A stretch of DNA of 64,000 nt from Octopus vulgaris (lineage: Eukaryota). Location of the stretch: the NCBI GenBank assembly GCA_951406725.2, contig OX597814.1, forward strand, positions 45,942,001-46,006,000, written 5' to 3'. The notes under the pieces are model-generated. The model was given only the letters and a program-made list of their open reading frames with translations, was not told the origin of the DNA and ran no database searches. The position numbers and the translations under genes were made by a program. Below, piece after piece: positions 12,901 through 24,900 of the stretch (position 1 is the first letter of the stretch; each line of letters opens with the position of its first letter).

Positions 12901-15900
12901 CTAGATTACATACAGGATTTCATATTATCATGAACAATAGTAATAAGTGATGTGAAGTGTGCTTAAAATATTCTTAACATGACAAGGTATAATCATTTAC
13001 ATTAGAATATTCAATTTGTAAATCTTATTAACATTATTGCATTGGAAAACCTGTAGAACCAGGCAAAAATGCAAAACAGCAGAATGTGGAATGCATAGTG
13101 GTTTAAGACACCTTATTGAATTTATATAGCATATATATGAAATTAGGTTATGATCTACTAGAAAATGTTATTTCACAAATAAAGTTATTATATCCTATGA
13201 AAAAGAAAAGAGAAGAAAAAAGTTTCAACACTGGTTTTCTTATTATGTATATTATTAAGTGTGTCATACATTTTCTCCATTTTATTTAAACAGTTTTTTT
13301 CCATACTTTTATTTCAATTTGAAATGGAAGTTAATGAAGAAGTGCCTATCAATTAAACATGTTACGTTCATTTATCTATTCTTATCATCTGCTTTCACCA
13401 TTTCTTTAACTATGAATACATTCCAAATCAACCTCATAACATCTTTTCTTCAAGAACATAATTCATTTACATCATGTGTCACTTGTGCTTCACTTTTCAT
13501 GCAAGTGAGCATCACACACTCAACACATTTTACTCCAGGAAATGCAGATTCAACACTAATGACTTGTCATGTATCTGCCAGTTTTTTTGTTTGAGACAGA
13601 AACTAAAATCTACTAAAATTTCTTTACACCTTGTTAGTTTAGCAACTATGTTTCCACTATAGTTATTTCAACACAATTTAACCCACCAAAATCTCAAAAG
13701 TTCTCCACTATTTCTGTACATTTATTACATCTGAAGTCTTTATTAATCTGTCAAGAGATCCCACTGCAACTTTCATGTACCTAGTACTTGCTCTGAGCAC
13801 AATACTTTGAATTTTTATTGTCTCACTATATACTGATGTTATGATTATTTTGTCCCCTGTTACTAATTTTAAATGGTGATCAAATGTTGTTTTACTTAGT
13901 TGATTTCCAGGTCTTTGAACTTAAATTTTATAATCTATTCTTCAAAGTACAGAACTGTTCCTATTGTTCTTGAAAATGTGTCCACTGAGAACAAAGCCAA
14001 CAACATATTAAAATTATCAAGTAACTCTATTTCTGAACTTTAATACTATTGCCTAAAAGCTATAATTGAATAGTAAGAGGATGAGCACAGAGCCTTTCTA
14101 TGCAACTACAAATCCTTGGGAGTGGATCTAGTAGACAGAAACTTAAAAGCCTGTTATAAGCATGTCTCCTTGTCATGACACTGCGCAATAGTTGTAAATA
14201 GGTGTAACTTATGTAACAGTGTCTCTCATTTCCAATCCTCTCTGAAAACAAGCCTGGTTATGGGAAAATATTACTTTGTAAACAGGTGAAGGTTTGTAAG
14301 AGGAAGAACATCTGGATTTAGAAAATCTTCCTTAATGCAACCCATCTGACCCATGCAAGCATGGAAAAGTGGACATTAAGACGATGGTGATAACATGTAA
14401 ATTAAATTCTTCATGAAACTCATTCCTAATCCTGACTTTTCTTACATGATTCCTGCAAACCATTCAACTACACTTAATTTTCTTAGTGCTCCTTAGAAAA
14501 CAATTGTACAAAGCTACAAATAGTACAAGTTAACTTGTTTTTGAAGATTATCCTAAATGAACTTTTGTATGAAAACACATTTTAAGTTTTTTTTTTATAT
14601 CTAGCTTTCCATCATTCATATAACAAATTTTAGATGATTTCCCTAACTGCTAAATACACAAATATGAAATATATAACAACATGAAGATACCATTTAGCAG
14701 TAAGCAAGACTAGTTATCTAGTTGAATAGTGCATGACAGAATAATTAATAAATGAAACAATTCATATCAGTGGTCACATATATACATCTTAAGCACATTG
14801 TGCTGTCCATATTTAAATATCTATAGGTGTATACACATGTACAGGACTACACATACACAAAGCTATATAATTGGTATCATTATGCAATAACCAAATTTAT
14901 GACCATACCTTCATATCCAATGGAATAGCCAAAGGTTGTGCTTCAGCAGCGGCAGCTACAGCCATTGCAGCAGCAACAGCAGCTGCTGAAGTATCTGTAT
15001 CAGTAGTAGTATTAGTAGTATTAGAGATGATACTGGACACCACTCCAATGCAAGCAGAATCAGATACACTATCCAACATATTTTCAGGAATAGATTTGTT
15101 TTTAATTTTTCGCCGATTTCTGAAATTATATAAAGTAAAATGCAAAGTAATTAAATGTGAAGAAAAATATTTTCCCAATCACAAAAACATAAGTCAATGA
15201 AAGGTTACCTGTTAATATTAATCTTTTTAGTTTTTGGTTTACTGAGAGGACAATTAATTCTTGAGCAAGCACATTCCGTGTGAAGAACACTGGAAAAAAT
15301 TAAATAAATGAGAATTAATACATTTTAGTTCAGACATTGAGGAAAATATTGCATACTTAACTTTGTATTTTAAGTTAAAAAAACATAAGGAGTGTGATGC
15401 TGTAACAAAAGTAAATACAAAGAAGTTTACAATTATAGATATGTCTTTTATTAGATTTGACAAAGACTGGAATAGAAATATTGGTCAGTCACTCATAACT
15501 GTAAGACACTGATTAAAAACAAAATCAAGCAGTGACTTCCTACAAATTACTTGATAAATTAATTTTACTCAATAATTTATGAAGCATGGAAAAGATATTT
15601 TCAATTAAAAACTGTTTAGTAAATTAAAAAATGGTCTAATAATTGCTTGAAAACAAGAGCTTAAAGAAAATCTTCATGTTAAGTAACATGAACACTATAA
15701 TCTAAGCATTCAAAATAACACACAATGAAGTTCATAAAAATATAACCTATCAATTTGGCAAAAGAATAAGTACTGGGGTTGATTTGTTTGATTAAACACT
15801 TCAAGGCAGTGTCCCAGCATAATGACTGAAGCAAATAATAGATAAAAGCCTAAACTCACCCATCTTCCCGGGTAAAATCAAATGGTATTGTTATTTCAGC

Positions 15901-18900
15901 ACCTTTCGATATCACTTTAGTAGAGTAGATTAAGAAACGAATGAAACCTTGATGTAGTAAATGCCGCATCTGAAACAAAGAAGGAAGATCCTTTAGAATG
16001 ATGGTGGTGGTGTGAGTTGGTTGTTTGAAGCAGAACATTTATTTTTCATTTCCAGGAAGCCCATTCTCAATAGTTATTATAAGTATAAATATCTAACTGA
16101 ATTTTCACCTGATCAGATCTTCAATGGTCCTATACCAAAACTTTAACAAACTATTAATAATAAAAGTGATTCAGGCTATCAGTAACTTACAAATTTAATA
16201 ATTTTAATGTAAAACATTAATATATTGGTAAAATTAATATAAAAGAACAATCAGTATGGTTTCTCAAATGATATTTTCATAATCTACAACTTAAAAACAA
16301 TGAAGAACAAGAACTTATGTTTACGTTAAAATACTATGTATGTTGATACGACATGGAAAAAACAAAACAAAAAAAAAAGCTACATTAACATTTTTATCTA
16401 CAAAAACAAAGATTATGAAATAATATTTCTATAGCAGAGTTTTCATCCCACTGAACATTAAGACTGAATATCTATGTAAAAGTAAGTTTGGAAAGTATAT
16501 TCCCATTATATATTCATTGATAATATACATTGGAGACAAGAAGTTGGAAAACTCTCGAACAGGTTGTGAGTTTAAGTCCACTGTTAGCGTTTTGTTGTAT
16601 CTTTGGAAAAGAACTCTGTTGTGACATGGTCACCTAGCTGTCAGGGTATATGGACCTAGTAAGTGTTCACCAAATCTTGGTTTACCATGCTTTGGATATG
16701 GACTGTTTCTTATTACAGACAGCAGTATGTGATGGTTGGTGTGCAGCAGCCCAACCCACAAACACCTCTTGCACAAGTATCTGCCACCATCTGAATATAT
16801 CTTTCACTGCTCTGAATAATTTTAACCAAAAGTTGGTACACTGGGTTTGTTTAAACTGACAGAGTGAAAAATATAACATACAAAAGCAAACATGAAAAAG
16901 TGTTATACATAAACACAAAGGATAGAAGAGTGAAAATAATTTAGGAAGAGCTGATAAAACATCCAGTTTTGGCTTAAAATTTAAAGTAGCAAATATTTAG
17001 AAAAAGTAATGAAGCAAAAATTAATTAGAAATATACATACCTCTGCATTTGGACTGCATGATCGTCGTATATATCTTGAGACATTACCCAAAGTACTTGC
17101 ATCTATGAACAATTCTGCTCCTTCTACTTTGGAGTATACTAATGTGAATGGCTTCAATCTGAAAATTAAAAATATTGAATTCAAGCAAAATATTTAAAAT
17201 AGAAAAATTAGATATAATAATAAAAAATTATAAGTGCTTAGAGAAAGAGCACACATAAAAATGGTTGAAAAAAATTAACTATAAATACAAACCTTTTCAT
17301 AGATGCATTTATACACTCTTCTTTCAAAGATACTCTTCCAACATACTCAGATATTAGTTGACCTTCTTTTAAGTTTTCAGTTGCCTGCAACCCCTGAAAA
17401 TTAAGTGATGATCAAAATGTGTAAAAAGAACTAATTTTATCATAGTTACAATAAATCTGTGTATGCACAAGAGTGTTTGTGCATATACACATAAGCATAC
17501 TTTCAATGAATAAATGTAGCATGGCAAGGTAGGAAGCCATTCCTATTATCAATAAAAACTAATTTTAGATTTAAATGCATATACATTTCAACATGTACTT
17601 ATATAGATTTAATTAAATTTGTATGATTAATACTGGGAAGCAATGAATAATTGTCCTGAAAAGAGAACTTAAATGAGAAAAATAATTGCTGACGATCACA
17701 AAGTAACTTATAATTGCACTTTATTTATAAAACCCCATATTGTTGGTTCATATATTTAGTTACCTTAGAAATTGTTTATATTAACCATGTGACAAATTTT
17801 AAAATCATTCCCACTCAAAAAATAATATACACCTTTTACTAATAGCCCTTAATATTAATAATACAAGAGAGGAAGAAAAGCACAGACTTACTTTTTTATT
17901 TTTTTGTAGACAAGCAAGTTCACAGAGCTGAACCAGCAGCTCTTCTCGCTTTATATGTTTCTCTGGACTCTGCAATAAATAACAAGGAATTCTGAAACTA
18001 TGTAGTCACAAAAAATAAACAAGGATCACATACCAAAAGAAATAAAATTAATTTTATTAGCATTTCCACTTTAAATTTAAAAGTTAGTAAAATTAGAACC
18101 AACCAGCCTCTAATGAAATTCATAAATGAACATTTGTATTCACTTGGAGATTTTAATAAACAGAAATTATGAAATGAATTATAATGTGGTTAAATTGTGA
18201 AGGTACTAATTTCCTTGACAGGTCTGCCTATTTTTATTGCTGTATCTTGGACATAACAACTAAGAGTACTTACCATTTGACCATTTACTTTAACTTTAGA
18301 TAATGCTTCAAGCACAGCAATACTTAAAATATTCCCATGCACTTTCTCATTACCCTTTTCATGCTCTTTTTCATGTTCTTGGACCATTGATCTAAAAAGA
18401 TATGTATTAATATCCATATGAAAAAATGTTCTATTTTGGCAAATGTAAATATTTCTCAAAAGGAGAAATAAATTTAATTATAAAAAAAAAAAATCAAAGA
18501 ATAATCATGTGACTTACTTTGCTGATATGTTCCATGGTCCTCTAGTATCACCATTGTCAACAGTAGATGAAATCTGAACCTTTCTTGCAGCCTAAGAAAA
18601 TAAAAATTAAGAATTTTAATAATTTAGCAGTGGAGAAAGATGGTGGTGCAAATTTTATTATAAGTGCAATTATTGAATTAAAATACTTACCTTTGTTCGA
18701 GGTGTTTTTTTCGCAGTGTCCTTTGGCATCTACATAGAAAATGAAAATTTTAATGAATATATTGAAAGCTTTTAACAAATATGATAAAAAAACCTACAGA
18801 AGTAATGAAGCTCAGAAAGAAAATGTAAAAAAGGCTAGTGTTTTATTGAGGTATTCTTGCTGTAGTCAGGTAACCTCAGACTTCAGTCTCTCACTAACAA

Positions 18901-21900
18901 TTATGCATTTGCTTCTCAAAAATTTGTGTCTTTCAAAGTGTGTTGTACTAATTTCCTTCAGCCTGTATCTATGTCTATGCTATACTGTGAAGAAAATGTC
19001 ATACCTCTGATAAAGGAGTCCAGTAAATCTATGACTGATCATAATATTTAGTAGGAAATTTGATTAATTATTTCATGTTTTATCCCAATCATATTTAATT
19101 TAGCATTTCACGTCATAATTATCATTCACATAACAGTTCTTGAAGTAAGTAGAAAAGAGGAACTTTAGGATAGTTTTTTTTTTATCGTCAATTTTTTAAC
19201 CCTGTCAAAATAGTATCTATCAGACCATTCTATTTATTTCATTTAGAGAGAAAATCTATTTGTTAGTTATTAAGATCTCAAGCCTTTCTACATCAAGATA
19301 TGTTTTGGCCTAATAATATATTTTATTGAAAATAAAACTGCTCAAATTAAGATCCAAAGTTACCTTTTGCTTTTTATTGACTGTTGGCTCTTTATCTTTA
19401 TTTTCTTTTTTATTCTCTTTGGCTGCTTTCATTCTTTTTTTCTTGACAGGCTTCTGTTTTGTTCTTTTGGTCTTTTTATTCTTCTCTACAAGAGCCATCA
19501 TTCGGTTATTTACCTCCTCTGGGTCAGTATCAGTTGCACTGGTATCTGGTAAAAATAAAATAAGGAGATTTGATATTACTTAGGAATGTCTTTTCTAGGC
19601 AAAAATACATGTTTCCAGATATTTATACCAACTGATGTTTGTATGAAATTAGTTGTATGATTGTATTAAAGATTTTAAAATTGCATAAAAAAAGAAAAGC
19701 TATTGAAAGAACACACTGATTTTATTAATGGCCCCCAAATTTCAAAGAAACTGATAAAATTTCCTTTAAGATTCTTAATGCAATTAATAGTGCTTTTAGT
19801 ATTCATTTACAAAAAGCTTTACTGTGCATAAGAAAAAATTTTGTTTACAAAGTTGTAAAAAATCGAAGTATATACATTTACAAAGAATGCATTAACAACA
19901 GTACTTCTTAGAACATTGACAAAATAATTACATGTTAGAAGCATGCATGTAAATTTCATTGTAATTTATGATGCTAAAATTACTGTAATATTTATATATT
20001 TATCAATTTTATAAAAAGAAATAAAAGTATTAGCAAAAATAATAAATGCATATTTTAATGTGATAAAATACATAAAAAGTTTTTTTAACAGGCCCTTTAT
20101 ACTTCACATCTCAAAGACATTGAAATTTATCTGAAAAATTGTTTCATAATTTAAAAATATGGTATGATTATTCTTTTAGTTTCTAAGTATTCCCAGGTTT
20201 TTGCTGAATTAAAAAATTATTTCATTTTCAATCATAAGGAGACGGTTTGCTTATGTTTAGTACAAGTTTCATTTACATTTGTTGACTTAAGCTAGCATAT
20301 GTATATGATTTTGTTTGTCTGGAAATGGAGAGAGATTCCAAAGTAAGGACATCTTAATTTTACAGAACATTAAACTTATAGATCTTGAAATAAAAATATC
20401 TGTCTAATATTTAATCAACAAAGATTTCAAATCTAAATGAATAAGAAAAAAGCTTTTGTTGTATTAATATAAAATAATAAGTATTTTGATTTTAAAAAAA
20501 AAATATATATGCTGGAAAATTATTGGTATGAGGAGTATTCTATAAGGATATTAAAGTTGTAGTAAGGGATGTCAGGTCTTAATCTTACCAGTATGTTCTC
20601 CAGTAACCCTGTTCTTTCCCTTAACAGCCTCATACCTGATGTCTGAATAAGAGCCTGAAACAGTTAAAAGAGAATTTTAGAATTGAATTACATAGCTTAA
20701 GCAATTTTTTTAATCCATCCCCAGTAAGATTATCACTGATGTTGAGCGTTAGCGAAATGTTGTAACTTATGAAAAACTAATAAAATATAATTTTTTAAAA
20801 TTCTAAAAACATAAAATTACTGCAATTTCTTCAATCAGAATTTTCATTTGATGCTAATGAATAAAAAAAAAGGCAATATTTTAAATTCTATACAAATAGT
20901 ATAAATTAACAATAATAATAATTAATAAACTCTGCAAGTAACAATAAAATTAATAGTAATTATAGAATAACCACAAACAAAAACTCCACACATTAGATAC
21001 TTTTCTCATGAAAGGGAACATTCCTAAGATAAAATTTCAAAAGATAATGTGTATATTTTTCAAATTGAATATATATCACATATTTCAAATAAAAATTATG
21101 AAAAAGAAGCACAAGCTGATTGCTGAAACAAATATTAATGCCCAAAAACAAAGGCAATCAAAAATGGTTTTTTGCTTTAAGTATAAGAGATATTAAATTA
21201 TTTTCCTGGGATGCTTAAATAATGTCACATAACTGGTATAAAACATGTTTGTAGAGAAAGACAAATTTGCCCTAGGTGAGATATTCTTTTCCAATATCTA
21301 TTTACATAAATTCTAAATGATACAACTGAATTACCATACAGATCATATCTTCGGAATTTATATTCAAAACTGTTAAAAATTAATCCCAGGTGCCTGAGCC
21401 TATAAACCTTTTCTAGATAATTTGCAAGTGAGAACATGTATGACAAGTAAATTAATTTTAGGTTAGTTCTTTTCTCATAGGAAACTCAGTGTATAATTGT
21501 AACTACGTCATTTACCTATTTTGAACTGATTTTACTGTAGAAAAAGCTTTTGAAATCTCTCCAATTATGAAAAGGTTATTTTAAAATTTTATTTTATTAC
21601 TCTATTTATTTGTTCATAATACACATATATACTGTGCACCACTCGTTATAGGTTGGCAATGGAATGCTGGAAAAAGTATATCTTGTATAATACTTTCCTT
21701 TAGTACTAAGATGTAAAGAAAAAAGTGTTTAGTCATCATTTTTTTTTTATAGAAAATCAATTTGAATTTGATAATGACACTTAAAAAAGTATGTTTAATG
21801 CTCAATTTTATTACCAGTTTACAGAGAGAGAACATATGTAAAAGTGGAATTTTAAAACTAACTTTTTTATGCTTTTATAAAAGAGTCTGTTATGATTTTT

Positions 21901-24900
21901 GTAACATACAAGATGTGGCTTTATTTTTTAATTATGCAATATAAACCATTTAATGAATGTGCATAGCCAAGTGGTTAGGGTGTTGCACTCATGCTTGCAA
22001 GATCATGGTTTTGATTCCCAGACTGGCAATGCTTTGTGTTCATGACCAAGACACTACATTTCATGTTGCTCCAGTCCATTCAACTGTAAATGGGCAACTC
22101 TGCAATAAACTGGAGTTCTGTTCAAGAGGAATGTTGGCCTGCCTACCAAGCCAGTGGGGAAGCATTGTTCAAAAGCTATAACAATGTGAGTAAGTGCACT
22201 GTGATCAGTGGTGCGTAACATCCAATAGTCTGGTCAATACAATAATATCATTTACTATAATGCTAAATTTGTTCACTAAGATATAAATTGTATATATATT
22301 ATATATACTGATTGGATAGTGAACATTAAATATGTAGTAGTGAATAATCAGAAACCAAGCACATATCACTCTTTAATTGGTTGTGTTTTACATTTCTGAA
22401 CCATTTCAATGTGTTAGTAAAATAGTAAACACCTTTGAGATGATCTCTAACATGGGTACAATAATGAAATTTATTGAATGCTTAAAGTATTATCACTATT
22501 ATAGAAAAATCTAACATTATTAAAGTGAACTCTCCACTATACAGCTTGGGCAATAGGTGTAACTTCTGTTGTGCTGGATGTCATACACATGGAACAGGAA
22601 AAAAGGTATATTATACATAATTAAATACAATAACTAGGTCTGGAAGATGGACCTTTTACAGGACCTCTGAGTGCAAGTTGACAACTGCAGGAAAGTTAAA
22701 TACAATGCAGAAATTCCAGACAGTTGATGCCTTGGGAAGAACTAAGTGTAGTGGGTGGTGCAGGGCCTGTGGGGTGGACACAACATGGATGAAGAGAACA
22801 AGGTAATTTAAAAGGAAACAAATTTCAGAACATTTATGTAAAACAGACAAGCAAATATTAAACTAGGCCTGGAAGTTTGAATCTATGACTTCTGAGATGT
22901 CCAAAATATTATGCTTCAAGATGATGCTAAAGAGATGCAATAAAATAAAGAAAATTTAAGACGATACTAGATAAAGCTATATTAACTGCTATAGATATTG
23001 AAACTTTCCAATATTTTTATGAATACATTTTTTTTTAATAACCAAAATTCTTAGACGATCAAAGCAGTGTGGCTGTCTGGATTACAAATGAAGAGAAAGG
23101 CTAATTATAGAGTCAATACTATACTTTGTATTTTAAAACAAACTTTATAATTGACACGCACACATTTCATATGCTAGCCTCTTTTATGAAATTTAGAAAT
23201 TTACAAATTGTTAGAAAAAGAATCACACAAAAAACCTATTGGAATTATTTCTAATATTTAGAAATTAAACTCAGAGAAATAAAAAAAAAAAGTGAATTAA
23301 CAAACAGTATCTTTTGTAATCTGCACCTAATGGATTGTCAATTATTTAAAAAAAATATCAAATATTAGCAGTAATAATATACAAACTAAATAAAAACAGA
23401 AAATTGTAATTTTATTACAATTACCAAATTACTAAAAAAAAAAAGTATAAAAATACCTAGAAATTTAAAATAAAGAACAATTAATAATTTGAGTAACATT
23501 TTTATGATTTGAAACTTAAATATGAATAGTAATTAACCTTAAGCAGTGCATTTGGTGTTCTGCATAACAATGCACAACAATAGAATTACTGTAATAGATA
23601 CTGATTTAATCACAAGATTTTAATTTTAGTTTTCTTTCAACTTGAATAATTCTGAAAAGCTATTAGCAACAGGAAAAAAAGAAACCAGAAATATTTTTCT
23701 GAAGTAAAACAGTATAAATAAATATGAATGCTGCAAATAAACCTTCCACTTAATTATTAGGAAATTTTTGTAAGAAGTTAATCTATTTCTTACAAAAAAA
23801 TGAAATTACAAATAAAGAAAAATACTGATTGAAGTCATGCATTTCATTAAAACAAAATGTGCAGTAAATTTTCACATTTATTTAAAGCTTACAATCTTTT
23901 CATAAAACTTGCTTACTAATTATTAAAAGAGTTAATTAGAAATATTACATACAGTAATGAATGCAAAGACTATAGATTATCTTCCTTAACTTAGTTAAAT
24001 CTGGCTTACTTTTTGAAAACATTATACAATTAAATCCAGTTGTAACTAGGCTTAATGAAATGCTCGGCAAAATGTAGTATATTCAAGATAACTTTAAATA
24101 GGTTTCAGCTAACAGTGCCTCAGACAATAACTAACTTAGCATCCAGTAAATTATTTGTTGAAATGACTCATCACATTTATTGCATTTATCTTGTTTATTA
24201 TGTTACAAATAAATAGTCACGTATTTAAGAAAATGTTTTGTTTTTCAAATCAGGAAAAGACTCAAACACTTCCAATATACACCAATACATTTTGAAGTCA
24301 TTAAAAAAATTTGGCACTAGGTATTAGGTTAGGTTATATCTTAAAATGAGATGTATTGCACCCTAAAATAGATTCTATGCAACATATTATATATTAAGAA
24401 AAGTATTATTAAATATCTTCATTTCTGCAACATGTGCTCAAGAATGCCACTTCAAATCACAGAAGCAAATATAGTTAACAATTGTTATCATCATTATTTA
24501 TGTGTGTGTCTTTGGTCCCCACCACTGCTTGACTGTTATGTCCCAGTAACGTAGTAGATCAGCAAAAGAGACTGGTAAAATAAATACCAAGCATTATTAA
24601 AAAAAAAAGTTAAAATAGGTACTGAGGTCGATTTGTTTGACTAATATTATTCAAGACGATGCCCATGCATGGCTTCAGTCTAATGACTTAAACGACTGAA
24701 AGATTATTACCAAAAGAATCTAAAAACTCTGAAAATCCTTTTGGAGAACTTAGGTCTTTTTATAAAACATTGGGGACTGTTACAAACTATCAGGAAAAGA
24801 CTCAAACACTTCCAATATACACCAATTCATTTTGAAGTCATTAAAAAAATATGGCACTAGGTAGTAAGGTTAGAGTGAACTTTAACCACGAAAAACATAA

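Noticed and set aside
16682-16860. Acceptor-like site and ORF between SET exons 11 and 12
   Set aside because: Exons 11 and 12 join perfectly (PNAE-MRH); this segment has a stop, no SET similarity and looks like a repeat remnant
23538-23559. 22-nt microexon candidate on minus strand
   Set aside because: Weak donor (gttaat), frameshifting, no supporting evidence
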